The notes under the pieces were generated by a model that had not been told where the DNA came from, ran no database searches, and saw nothing but the letters and a program-made list of their open reading frames with translations. From the human T2T-CHM13v2.0 reference genome, Homo sapiens, in assembly GCF_009914755.1 (NCBI RefSeq), contig NC_060948.1: 64,000 nucleotides of DNA, one strand, 5' to 3'. Shown one piece after another: positions 13,801 to 28,300 of the stretch (the first letter of the stretch is position 1; each line of letters starts with the position of its first letter). The translations under genes were made by a program, and so were the position numbers.

Positions 13801-16800
13801 AATGGAAAGCAATCCAATGGAATAGAATCTAATGCAATAAAATCGACTCAAATAGAGTAGAATGTAATGGAATGGAGTGCAGTGCAATGGAATGGAATGG
13901 AATGGAATGCAATGGAATGGAATGGAATGGAATGGGATGGAATGGTATGGAATGGATAGTAATGGACTGGAGTGAAATGGACTGGAAAAGAATGGACTCA
14001 AATTGAAAGGGCTCGAAAGGAATGGAGTCAAATGGAATGGTCTGGAATGGAATGAACACGAATGTAATGCAATCCAATAGAATGGAATCGAATGGCATGG
14101 AATATAAAGAAATGGAATCGAAGAGAATGGAAACAAATGGAATGGAATTGAATGGAATGGAATTGAATGGAATGGGAACGAATGGAGTGAAATTGTATGC
14201 AGTAGAAGAGAATAGAATGGAATGCAAGCGAAAGGAAAGGAATGGATTGGAATGGAATGGAATTCATTGGAATGGAAGGGAATGTAGTGTAATGGACAGG
14301 CCTGGAATAAAGTGGAATGCTACGGTCTCGAATGGAATAAAAATGTATGGAACGGAATGCAATGAAACGGAATCGAATGTCATAGAATGTAATGGAATGC
14401 AAAAAAATGGACTCCAAAATCATTGACTGGAAAGGCTGGGTGTCGAAAGGAATTGACTCCAATGGAATGGAATCGAATGGAATGGAAGTGAATAGAATCG
14501 AACTAAATCGAATGGAATGGAATTGATAGGAACGGAATGGAAAGGAATGCAATGATTTGGCATGGAATGGAATCGAATGGCATCGAATGGAATGGAATGG
14601 AATGCAATGGAATGGAATGTATTAGAATGTAATGAACTTTAATGGAATGTACTCGAATGGATTCGACTGGAATGGAATGTTCTCGAAGTGAATGGACTCC
14701 AATGGAATGGATTCGAAAGGAATGGAATCTAATGGAATGGAATTAAATGGAAATGAATCAAATTGAATAGAACGGAATTGAATTGAATGGAATCGAATGC
14801 AATGGAATCTAATGAAACGGAAAGGAAAGGAATGGAATGGATTGGAATGGAATGGGCTGGAATGGAATGGAATCGAAACGAATGGAATGGAATCGAACTG
14901 AAGAGACTGGAATGGAATGCACTGGAATGGAAGGGAATGTAATGGAAGGTCCTCGAAAAAAATGGAATCGAAAGGAATGGAATTGAATGGAACGGAATAG
15001 AGTCGAATGGAATTGAATGGAATGGAATGGACTAGAGTGAAATGGAATCGAACCACAAGGAATGGACAGGAATAGAATGGTCTCGAATTGAATGGAATCG
15101 TATGGAATGGCATCAAACGGAATGGAATGGACAGCCACGGAATGGAATGGACACCCACGGAATGGAATGCACTCGAATGCAATGGAGTCGACACTAATGG
15201 ACTGGAATAGAATGGACTCGACTGGTACGGACTCCAATGGAATGGAATCGAAAGGAAGGGAATCGAAAGGAATGGACTCGAAGGGAAAAGACTGCAATGG
15301 AAAGGTCTCCAATGGAATGGAAATTAATGGAATGGAATGGAATCGAATGAAATGGAGTCAAAAGGAATGGAATCGAATGGCAAGAAATCGAATGTAATGG
15401 AATCGCAAGGAATTGATGTGAACGGAACGGAATGGAATGGAATCCAAAGGAATGGAATAGAATGGAATGGAATCGAATGGAAAGGACTCGAATGGAAATC
15501 ACTCGAATAGAATGCAATTTAATAAAATAGGATCAAATGTAATGGAATGGAATGGAAAGGAATCGAAACGAAAGGAATGGAGACAGATGGAATGGAATGG
15601 AACAGAGAGCAATGGTATAGAATGGAATGGAATCATCTGGAATGGAATTGAATGGAATGGAATAATATGAAATGGAATGGAATGGAATGGAATGCCCTTG
15701 AATTAAATGGACTGGAATGCAATGGACTCGAATAGAGTGGAATGGAAAGTGTTGAAATAGAATGGAATGGACTCATTTGGAATGGTCTAGTATGCAATGC
15801 AATCGACTGGCAGGGAATCAAAAGGAATGTAATCGAATGGATTGGACTGGAATGCAATGGACTCGAATAGATTGGAAGCGGAAAGCAAAGGAATGGAATG
15901 GAATAGTATGGAATGGAATGCAAAGGAATGGAGTGGAATAGACTAGAGTGGAATGGAATGGACTCGAAAGCAATGGACTGGAATGGAACTTTCTTGAATG
16001 GACTGGAATCAAACGGAATGGAATGCAATGCAATCAAATGGCATGGAATAAAATAGAATGAAAGAGAATCAAATGGAATTGAATCGAATGGAATCGAATG
16101 GATTGGAAAGGAATAGAATGGAATGGAATGAAATTGACTCAAATGGAATGGACTAGAATGGAATGGATTCGAATGGAAGGCAAAGGAATGGAATCTATTG
16201 GAATGGACTGTAATGGAATGGAATGGAAGGGATTGGAATGGACTCGAATGGAATGCGCTGCAATAGAAAGGATTCGAATGGAATGAAAAAGAATTGAATG
16301 GAATAGAACAGAATGGAATCAAATCGAATGAAATGGAATGGAATAGAAAGGAATGCAATGAAATGGAATGGAAAGGATTCGAATGGAATGCAATCGAATG
16401 GAATGGAATCGAATGGAATGGAATCGAACGGAATGGAATAAAATGGAAGAAAACTGGCAAGAAATGGAGTCGAAATGAATGGAGTGTTATGGAACGGACT
16501 CAAAAGGAATTGAATGTAATAGAATGGAGTGGAGTGGACTCGAATATAATGGACTGGAGTGGAATGAAATCACATGGAATGGGAACGAATGGAATGGAAT
16601 GGAAAGGAATGGAATCGAATGGAAAGGAATCGAATGGAAGGGAATGAAATTGAATCAACAGGAATGGAAGGGAGTAGAATAGACGGTAATGGAATGGACT
16701 CGAATAGAATGGACACGAATGCTCAAATTGAATGGACTCGAATGGAATGGAAACGAAAGGAATGTCATCGAATGGAATTGAATCTATTGGAATGAAATCA

Positions 16801-19800
16801 CATAGAATGGAGTGGAATCAAATGGAATTGAATCGAAAGGAAAGGAAGCGAATGGACTGAAATGAAATGGAATGGAATTGAATGGAAATTAATGCAATGG
16901 AATAGAATGGAACGAAATTTCACGGAATGGAATCAAACTGAATGGAATCAAATCAATGGAATATAATCAAATGGAATGGAAAGGAATTGAATGGAGTAGA
17001 TTGGATTGGATGGGATTGGAATGAAATGTACTGGAAAGGACTCGAATTTCATGAAACGGAATGGAATGAATTAGAACGGAATGGACTCGAATGGAATGGA
17101 ATGTCATGGAATGGCATCAAATGGAATGGAATCGAATGCGATGGAATGCTATGGAATAGAATGGAATGCATTGGAATGGAATGTCCTCTAATGGAATGGA
17201 TTCGAGTGGAATGGAATCGAATATAATGGAGTCTAATGAAATAGAATTGAAAGGAATGGGACCGAATACAATGGAATATACTGGAATGTAATGTAATGAA
17301 CTCGAATGTAATTGACTGGAATGGAATGTACATGAATGGAATGTAATCGAATGGAAAGCAATCCAATGGAATAGAATCTAATGCAATAAAATCGAGTCAA
17401 ATAGAGTAGAATGTAATGGAATGGAGTGCAGTGCAATGGAATGGAATGGAATGGAATGCAATGGAATGGAATGGAATGGAATGGGATGGAATGGTATGGA
17501 ATGGATAGTAATGGACTGGAGTGAAATGGACTGGAAAAGAATGGACTCAAATTGAAAGGGCTCGAAAGGAATGGAGTCAAATGGAATGGTCTGGAATGGA
17601 ATGAACACGAATGTAATGCAATCCAATAGAATGGAATCGAATGGCATTGAATATAAAGAAATGGAATCGAAGAGAATGGAAACAAATGGAATGGAATTGA
17701 ATGGAATGGGAACGAATGGAGTGAAATTGTATGCAGTAGAAGAGAATAGAATGGAATGCAAGCGAAAGGAAAGGAATGGATTGGAATGGAATGGAATTCA
17801 TTGGAATGGAAGGGAATGTAGTGTAATGGACAGGCCTGGAATAAAGTGGAATGCTACGGTCTCGAATGGAATAAAAATGTATGGAATGGAATGCAATGAA
17901 ACGGAATCGAATGTCATAGAATGTAATGGAATGCAAAAAAATGGACTCCAAAATCATTGACTGGAAAGGCTGGGTGTCGAAAGGAATTGACTCCAATGGA
18001 ATGGAATCGAATGGAATGGAAGTGAATAGAATCGAACTAAATCGAATGGAATGGAATTGATAGGAACGGAATGGAAAGGAATGCAATGATTTGGCATGGA
18101 ATGGAATCGAATGGCATCGAATGGAATGGAATGGAATGCAATGGAATGGAATGTATTAGAATGTAATGAACTTTAATGGAATGTACTCGAATGGATTCGA
18201 CTGGAATGGAATGTTCTCGAAGTGAATGGACTCCAATGGAATGGATTCGAAAGGAATGGAATCTAATGGAATGGAATTAAACGGAAATGAATCAAATAGA
18301 ATAGAACGGAATTGAATTGAATGGAATCGAATGCAATGGAATCTAATGAAACGGAAAGGAATGGAATGGAATGGGCTGGAATGGAATGGAATCGAAACGA
18401 ATGGAATGGAATCGAACTGAAGAGACTGGAATGGAATGCACTGGAATGGAAGGGAATGTAATGGAAGGTTCTCGAAAAAAATGGAATCGAAAGGAATGGA
18501 ATTGAATGGAACGGAAGAGTGTCGAATGGAATTGAATGGAATGGAATGGAGTAGAGTGAAATGGAATCGAACCACAAGGAATGGACAGGAATAGAATGGT
18601 CTCGAATTGAATGGAATCGTATGGAATGGCATCAAACGGAATGGAATGGACAGCCACGGAATGGAATGGACACCCACGGAATGGAATGCACTCGAATGCA
18701 ATGGAGTCGACACTAATGGACTGGAATAGAATGGAGTCGACTGGTACGGACTCCAATGGAATGGAATCGAATTGAAGGGAATCGAACGGAATGGACTCGA
18801 AGGGAAAAGACTGCAATGGAATGGTCTCCAATGGAATGGAAATTAATGGAATGGAATGGAATCGAATGAAATGGAGTCAAAAGGAATGGAATCGAATGGC
18901 AAGAAATCGAATGTAATGGAATCGCAAGGAATTGATGTGAACGGAACGGAATGGAATGGAATCCAAAGGAATGGAATAGAATGGAATGGAATCGAATGGA
19001 AAGGACTCGAATGGAAATCACTCGAATAGAATGCAATTTAATAAAATAGGATCAAATGTAATGGAATGGAATGGAAAGGAATCGAAACGAAAGGAATGGA
19101 GACAGATGGAATGGAATGGAACAGAGAGCAATGGTATAGAATGGAATGGAATCATCTGGAATGGAATTGAATGGAATGGAATAATATGAAATGGAATGGA
19201 ATGGAATGGAATGCCCTTGAATTAAATGGACTGGAATGGAATGGACTCGAACAGAGTGGAATGGAAAGTGTTGAAATAGAATGGAATGGACTCGTTTTGA
19301 ATGGTCTAGTATGCAATGCAATAGACTGGCAGGGAATCAAAAGGAATGTAATCGAACGGATTGGACTGGAATGCAATGGACTCGAATAGATTGGAAACGG
19401 AAAGCAAAGGAATGGAATGGAATAGTATGGAATGGAATGCAAAGGAATGGAGTGGAATAGACTAGAGTGGAATGGAATGGACTCGAAAGCAATGGACTGG
19501 AATGGAACTTTCTTGAATGGACTGGAATCAAACGGAATGGAATGCAATGCAATCAAATGGCATGGAATAAAATAGAATGAAAGAGAATCAAATGGAATTG
19601 AATCGAATGGAATCGAATGGATTGGAAAGGAATAGAATGGAATGGAATGGAATTGACTCAAATGGAATGGACTAGAATGGAATGGATTCGAATGGAAGGC
19701 AAAGGAATGGAATCTATTGGAATGGACTGTAATGGAATGGAATGGAAGGGATTGGAATGGACTCGAATGGAATGGACTGCAGTAGAAAGGATTCGAATGG

Positions 19801-22800
19801 AATGAAAAAGAATTGAATGGAATAGAACAGAATGGAATCAAATCGAATGAAATGGAATGGAATAGAAAGGAATGGAATGAAATGGAATGGAAAGGATTCG
19901 AATGGAATGCAATCGAATGGAATGAAATCGAATGGAATGGAATCGAACGGAATGGAATAAAATGGAAGAAAACTGGCAAGAAATGGAATCGAAATGAATG
20001 GAGTGTTATGGAACGGACTCAAAAGGAATTGAATGTAATAGAATGGAGTGGAGTGGACTCGAATATAATGGACTGGAATGGAATGAAATCACATGGAATG
20101 GGAACGAATGGAATGGAATGGAAAGGAATGGAATCGAATGGAAAGGAATCGAATGGAAGGGAATGAAATTGAATCAACAGGAATGGAAGGGAGTAGAATA
20201 GACGGTAATGGAATGGACTCGAATAGAATGGACACGAATGCTCAAATTGAATGGACTCGAATGGAATGGAAACGAAAGGAATGTCATCGAATGGAATTGA
20301 ATCGATTGGAATGAAATCACATAGAATGGAGTGGAATCAAATGGAATTGAATCGAAAGGAAAGGAAGCGAATGGACTGAAATGAAATGGAATGGAATTGA
20401 ATGGAAATTAATGCAATGGAATAGAATGGAACGAAATTTCACGGAATGGAATCAAACTGAATGGAATCAAATCAATGGAATATAATCAAATGGAATGGAA
20501 AGGAATTGAATGGAGTAGATTGGATTGGATGGGATTGGAATGAAATGTACTGGAAAGGACTCGAATTTCATGAAACGGAATGGAATGAATTGGAACGGAA
20601 TGGACTCGAATGGAATGGAATGTCATGGAATGGCATCAAATGGAATGGAATCGAATGCGATGGAATGCTATGGAATGGAATGGAATGCATTGGAATGGAA
20701 TGTCCTCTAATGGAATGTATTCGAGTGGAATGGAATCGAATATAATGGAGTCTAATGAAAGGGAATTGAAAGGAATGGGACCGAATACAATGGAATATAC
20801 TGGAATGTAATGTAATGAACTCGAATGTAATTGACTGGAATGGAATGTACATGAATGGAATGTAATCGAATGGAAAGCAATCCAATGGAATAGAATCTAA
20901 TGCAATAAAATCGACTCAAATAGAGTAGAATGTAATGGAATGGAGTGCAGTGCAATGGAATGGAATGGAATGGAATGCAATGGAATGGAATGGAATGGAA
21001 TGGAATGGAATGGAATGGGATGGAATGGTATGGAATGGATAGTAATGGACTGGAGTGAAATGGACTGGAAAAGAATGGACTCAAATTGAAAGGGCTCGAA
21101 AGGAATGGAGTCAAATGGAATGGTCTGGAATGGAATGAACACGAATGTAATGCAATCCAATAGAATGGAATCGAATGGCATGGAATATAAAGAAATGGAA
21201 TCGAAGAGAATGGAAACAAATGGAATGGAATTGAATGGAATGGAATTGAATGGAATGGGAACGAATGGAGTGAAATTGTATGCAGTAGAAGAGAATAGAA
21301 TGGAATGCAAGCGAAAGGAAAGGAATGGATTGGAATGGAATGGAATTCATTGGAATGGAAGGGAATGTAGTGTAATGGACAGGCCTGGAATAAAGTGGAA
21401 TGCTACGGTCTCGAATGGAATAAAAATGTATGGAATGGAATGCAATGAAACGGAATCGAATGTCATAGAATGTAATGGAATGCAAAAAAATGGACTCCAA
21501 AATCATTGACTGGAAAGGCTGGGTGTCGAAAGGAATTGACTCCAATGGAATGGAAGTGAATAGAATGGAACTAAATCGAATGGAATGGAATTGATAGGAA
21601 CGGAATGGAAAGGAATGCAATGATTTGGTATGGAATGGAATCGAATGGCATCGAATGGAATGGAATGGAATGCAATGGAATGGAATGTATTAGAATGTAA
21701 TGAACTTTAATGGAATGTACTCGAATGGATTCGACTGGAATGGAATGTTCTCGAAGTGAATGGACTCCAATGGAATGGATTCGAAAGGAATGGAATCTAA
21801 TGGAATGGAATTAAATGGAAATGAATCAAATTGAATAGAACGGAATTGAATTGAATGGAATCGAATGCAATGGAATCTAATGAAACGGAAAGGAAAGGTA
21901 TGGAATGGATTGGAATGGAATGGGCTGGAATGGAATGGAATCGAAACGAATGGAATGGAATCGAACTGAAGAGACTGGAATGGAATGCACTGGCATGGAA
22001 GGGAATGTAATGGAAGGTTCTCGAAAAAAATGGAATCGAAAGGAATGGAATTGAATGGAACGGAATAGAGTCGAATGGAATTCAATGGAATGGAATGGAC
22101 TAGAGTGAAATGGAATCGAACCACAAGGAATGGACAGGAATAGAATGGTCTCGAATTGAATGGAATCGTATGGAATGGCATCAAACGGAATGGAATGGAC
22201 AGCCACGGAATGGAATGGACAGCCACGGAATGGAATGCACTCGAATGCAATGGAGTCGACACTAATGGACTGGAATAGAATGGACTCGACTGGTACGGAC
22301 TCCAATGGAATGGAATCGAATGGAAGGGAATCGAACGGAATGGACTCGAAGGGAAAAGACTGCAATGGAAAGGTCTCCAATGGAATGGAAATTAATGGAA
22401 TGGAATGGAATCGAATGAAATGGAGTCAAAAGGAATGGAATCGAATGGCAAGAAATCGAATGTAATGGAATCGCAAGGAATGGATGTGAACGGAACGGAA
22501 TGGAATGGAATCCAAAGGAATGGAATAGAATGGAATGGAATCGAATGGAAAGGACTCGAATGGAAATCACTCGAATAGAATGCAATTTAATAAAATAGGA
22601 TCAAATGTAATGGAATGGAATGGAAAGGAATCGAAACGAAAGGAATGGAGACAGATGGAATGGAATGGAACAGAGAGCAATGGTATAGAATGGAATGGAA
22701 TCATCTGGAATGGAATTGAATGGAATGGAATAATATGAAATGGAAAGGAATGGAATGGAATGCCCTTGAATTAAATGGACTGGAATGGAATGGACTCGAA

Positions 22801-24545
22801 CGGAGTGGAATGGAAAGTGTTGAAATAGAATGGAATGGACTCGTTTGGAATGGTCTAGTATGCAATGCAATCGACTGGCAGGGAATCAAAAGGAATGTAA
22901 TCGAATGGATTGGACTGGAATGCAATGGACTCGAATAGATTGGAAACGGAAAGCAAAGGAATGGAATGGAATAGTATGGAATGCAATGGAAAGGAATGGA
23001 GTGGAATAGACTAGAGTGGAATGGAATGGACTCGAAAGCAATGGACTGGAATGGAACTTTCTTGAATGGACTGGAATCAAACGGAATGGAATGCAATGCA
23101 ATCAAATGGCATGGAATAAAATAGAATGAAAGAGAATGAAATGGAATTGAATCGAATGGAATCGAATGGATTGGAAAGGAATAGAATGGAATGGAATGGA
23201 ATTGACTCAAATGGAATGGACTAGAATGGAATGGATTCGAATGGAAGGCAAAGGAATGGAATCTATTGGAATGGACTGTAATGGAATGGAATGGAAGGGA
23301 TTGGAATGGACTCGAATGGAATGGACTGCAATAGAAAGGATTCGAATGGAATGAAAAAGAATTGAATGGAATAGAACAGAATGGAATCAAATCGAATGAA
23401 ATGGAATGGAATAGAAAGGAATGGAATGAAATGGAATGGAAAGGATTCGAATGGAATGCAATCGAATGGAATGCAATCGAATGGAATGGAATCGAACGGA
23501 ATGGAATAAAATGGAGGAAAACTGGCAAGAAATGGAGTCGAAATGAATGGAGTGTTATGGAACCGACTCAAAAGGAATTGAATGTAATAGAATGGAGTGG
23601 AGTGGACTCGAATATAATGGACTGGAATGGAATGAAATCACATGGAATGGGAACGAATGGAATGGAATGGAAAGGAATGGAATCGAATGGAAAGGAATCG
23701 AATGGAAGGGAATGAAATTGAATCAACAGGAATGGAAGGGAGTAGAATAGACGGTAATGGAATGGACTCGAATAGAATGGACACGAATGCTCAAATTGAA
23801 TGGACTCGAATGGAATGGAAACGAAAGGAATGTCATCGAATGGAATTGAATCGATTGGAATGAAATCACATAGAATGGAGTGGAATCAAATGGAATTGAA
23901 TCGAAAGGAAAGGAAGCGAATGGACTGAAATGAAATGGAATGGAATTGAATGGAAATTAATGCAATGGAATAGAATGGAACGAAATTTCACGGAATGGAA
24001 TCAAACTGAATGGAATCAAATCAATGGAATATAATCAAATGGAATGGAAAGGAATTGAATGGAGTAGATTGGATTGGATGGGATTGGAATGAAATGTACT
24101 GGAAAGGACTCGAATTTCATGAAACGGAATGGAATGAATTGGAACGGAATGGACTCGAATGGAATGGAATGTCATGGAATGGCATCAAATGGAATGGCAT
24201 CAAATGGAATGGAATCGAATGCAATGGAATGCTATGGAATGGAATGGAATGCATTGGAATGGAATGTCCTCTAATGGAATGGATTCGAGTGGAATGGAAT
24301 CGAATATAATGGAGTCGATTGAAATGGAATTGAAAGGAATGGGATCGAATACAATGGAATATACTGGAATGTAATGTAATGAACTTGAATGTAATTGACT
24401 GGAATGTAATGTACATGAATGGAATGTAATCGAATGGAAAGTAATCCAATGGAATAGAATCTAATGCAATAAAATCGACTCAGATAGAGTAGAATGTAAT
24501 GGAATGGAGTGCAGTGCAATGGAATGGAATGGAATGGAATGCAAT

Positions 24546-24595
24546 GGAATGGAATGGAATGGAATGGAATGGAATGGAATGGAATGGAATGGAAT
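24546..24595 (+). repeat. Perfect (GGAAT)10 tract, the longest pure run noticed
   Basis: Ten uninterrupted GGAAT copies between GCAAT (24541) and GGTGT (24596). Confidence 0.9.
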
Positions 24596-25399
24596 GGTGT
24601 GGAATGGATAGTAATGGACTGGAGTGAAATGGACTGGAAATGAATGGATTCAAATGGAAAGGGCTCGAAAGGAATGGAGTCAAATGGAATGGTCTGGAAT
24701 GGAATGAACACGAATGTAATGCAATCCAATAGAATGGAATCGAATGGCATGGAATATAAAGAAATGGAATCGAAGAGAATGGAAACAAATGGAATGGAAT
24801 TGAATGGAATGGAATTGAATGGAATGGGAACGAATGGAGTGAAATTGTATGCAGTAGAAGAGAATAGAATGGAATGCAAGCGAAAGGAAAGGAATGGATT
24901 GGAATGGAATGGAATTCATTGGAATGGAAGGGAATGTAGTGTAATGGACAGGCCTGGAATAAAGTGGAATGCTACGGTCTCGAATGGAATAAAAATGTAT
25001 GGAATGGAATGCAATGAAACGGAATCGAATGTCATAGAATGTAATGGAATGCAAAAAAATGGAATCCAAAATCATTGACTGGAAAGGCTGGATGTCGAAA
25101 GGAATTGACTCCAATGGAATGGAATCGAATGGAATGGAAGTGAATAGAATCGAACTAAATCGAATGGAATGGAATTGATAGGAACGGAATGGAAAGGAAT
25201 GCAATGATTTGGCATGGAATGGAAACGAATGGTATCTAACGGAATGGAATGTAATGTAATGGAATGGAATGTATTAGAATGTAATGAACTTTAATGGAAT
25301 GTACTCGAATGGATTCGACTGGAATGGAATGTTCTGGAAGTGAATGGACTCCAATGGAATGGATTCAAACGGAATGGAATCGTACAGAATGGAATCTAA

Positions 25400-28300
25400 T
25401 GGAATGGAATTAAATGGAAATGAATCAAATTGAATAGCACGGAATTGAATTGAATGGAATGGAATGCAATGGAATCTAATGAAACGGAAAGGAAAGGAAT
25501 GGAATGGAATGGAATGGGCTGGAATGGAAAGGAATCGAAACGAATGGAATGGAATCGAACTGAAGAGACTGGAATGGAATGCACTGGAATGGAAGGGAGT
25601 GTAATGGAAGGTTCTCGAAAAAAATGGAATCGAATGGAATGGAATTGAATGGAACGGAATAGAGTCGAATGGAATTGAATGGAATGGAATGGACTAGAGT
25701 GAAATGGAATCGAACCACAAGGAATGGACAGGAATAGAATGGTCTCGAATTGAATGGAATCGTATGGAATGGCATCAAACGGAATGGAATGGACAGCCAC
25801 GGAATGGAATGCACTCGAATGCAATGGAGTCGAAACTAATGGACTGGAATAGAATGGACTCGACTGGTACGGACTCCAATGGAATGGAATCGAATGGAAG
25901 GGAATCGAACGGAATGGACTCGAAGGGAAAAGACTGCAATGGAAAGGTCTCGAATGGAATGGAAATTAATGGAATGGAATGGAATCGAATGAAATGGAGT
26001 CAAAAGGAATGGAATCGAATGGCAAGAAATCGAATGTAATGGAATCGCAAGGAATTGATGTGAACGGAACGGAATGGAATGGAATCCAAAGGAATGGAAT
26101 AGAATGGAATGGAATCGAATGGAAAGGACTCGAATGGAAATCACTCGAATAGAATGCAATTTAATAAAATAGGATCAAATGTAATGGAATGGAATGGAAA
26201 GGAATCGAAACGAAAGGAATGGAGACCGATGGAATGGAATGGAACAGAGAGCAATGGTATAGAATGGAATGGAATCATCTGGAATGGAATTGAATGGAAT
26301 GGAATAATATGAAATGGAATGGAATGGAATGGAATGGAATGCCCTTGAATTAAATGGACTGGAATGGAATGGACTCGAACACAGTGGAATGGAAAGTGTT
26401 GAGATAGAATGGAATGGACTCCTTCGGAATGGTGTAGAATGCAATGCAATCGACTGGCAGGGAATCAAAAGGAATGTAATGGAATGGATTGGACTGGAAT
26501 GCAATGGACTCGAATAGATTGGAAACGGAATGCAAAGGAATGGAATGGAATAGTATGGAATGGAATGGAAAGGAATGGAGTGGAATAGACTAGAGTGGAA
26601 TGGAATGGACTGGAAAGCAATGGACTGGAATGGAACTTTCTTGAATGGACTGGAATCAAACGGAATGGAATGCAATGCAATCAAATGGCATAGAATAAGA
26701 TAGAATGAAAGAGAATCAAATGGAATTGAATGGAATGGAATCGAATGGATTGGAAAGGAATAGAATGGAATGGAATGGAATTGACTCAAATGGAATGGAC
26801 TAGAATGGAATGGATTCGAATGGAAGGCAAAGGAATGGAATCTATTGGAATGGACTGTAATGGAATGCAATGGAAGTGATTGGAATGGACTCGAATGGAA
26901 TGGACTGCAATAGAAAGGATTCGAATGGAATGAAAAAGAATTGAATGGAATAGAACAGAATGGAATCAAATCGAATGAAATGGAATGGAATAGAAAGGAA
27001 TGGAATGAAATGGAATGGAAAGGATTCGAATGGAATGCAAACGAATGGAATGGAATCGAACGGAATGGAATAAAATGGAAGAAAACTGGCAAGAAATGGA
27101 ATCGAAATGAATGGAGTGTTATGGAAGGGACTCAAAAGGAATTGAATGTAATAGAATGGAGTGGAGTGGACTCGAATATAATGGACTTGAATGGAATGAA
27201 ATCACATGGAATGGGAACGAATGGAATGGAATGGAAAGGAATGGAATCGAATGGAAAGGAATCGAATGGAAGGGAATGAAATTGAACCAACAGGAATGGA
27301 AGGGAATAGAATAGACCGTAATGGAATGGACTCGAATAGAATGGACACGAATGCTCAAATTGAATGGACTCGAATGGAATGGAAACGAAAGGAATGTCAT
27401 CGAATGGAATTGAATCGATTGGAATGAAATCGCATAGAATGGAGTGGAATCAAATGGAATTGAATCGAAAGGAAAGGAAGCGAATGGACTGAAATGAAAT
27501 GGAATGGAATTGAATGGAAAGTAATGCAATGGAATAGAATGGAACGAAATTTCACGGAATGGAATCAAACTGAATGGAATCAAATCAATGGAATCTAATC
27601 AAATGGAATGGAAAGGAATTGAATGGAGTAGATTGGATTGGATGGGATTGGAATGAAATGTACTGGAAAGGACTCGAATTTCATGAAACGGAATGGAATG
27701 AATTGGAACGGAATGGACTCGAATGGAATGGAATGTCATGGAATGGCATCAAATGGAATGGCATCAAATGGAATGGAATCGAATGCAATGGAATGCTATG
27801 GAATGGAATGGAATGCATTGGAATGGAATGTCCTCTAATGGAATGGATTCGAGTGGAATGGAATCGAATATAATGGAGTCGAATGAAATGGAATTGAAAA
27901 GAATGGGATCGAATACAATGGAATATACTGGAATGTAATGTAATGAACTCGAATGTAATTGACTGGAATGGAATGTATATGAATGGAATGTAATCGAATG
28001 GAAAGTAATCCAATGGAATAGAATCTAATGCAATAAAATCGACTCAGATAGAGTAGAATGTAATGGAATGGAGTGCAGTGCAATGGAATGGAATGGAATG
28101 GAATGCAATGGAATGGAATGGAATGGGATGGAATGGTATGGAATGGATAATAATGGACTGGAGTGAAATGGACTGGAAAGGAATGGACTCAAATTGAAAG
28201 GGCTCGAAAGGAATGGAGACAAATGGAATGGTCTGGAATGGAATGAACACGAATGTAATGCAATCCAATAGAATAGAGTCGAATGGCATGGAATATAAAG

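Larger units (their letters stand above)
1..24030 (+). repeat. Left sub-array, type I units (units 1-7)
   Basis: Diagnostic states in these units: GGACTCCAAAATC, GTTGAAATAG, ATCACA(T)AG, GGAAATTAATGCAATGGAATAG, GCGATGG, GAGTCTAATG, GGGACCGAA, CAAATAGAG and a single GGCATCAAAT after GTCATGGAAT. Confidence 0.85.

Noticed and set aside
27586-27601. DUX4-like GAATCTAATCA in type II units
   Set aside because: It mismatches the first T of TAATCTAATCA, and near-matches are expected by chance in AATC-rich satellite.
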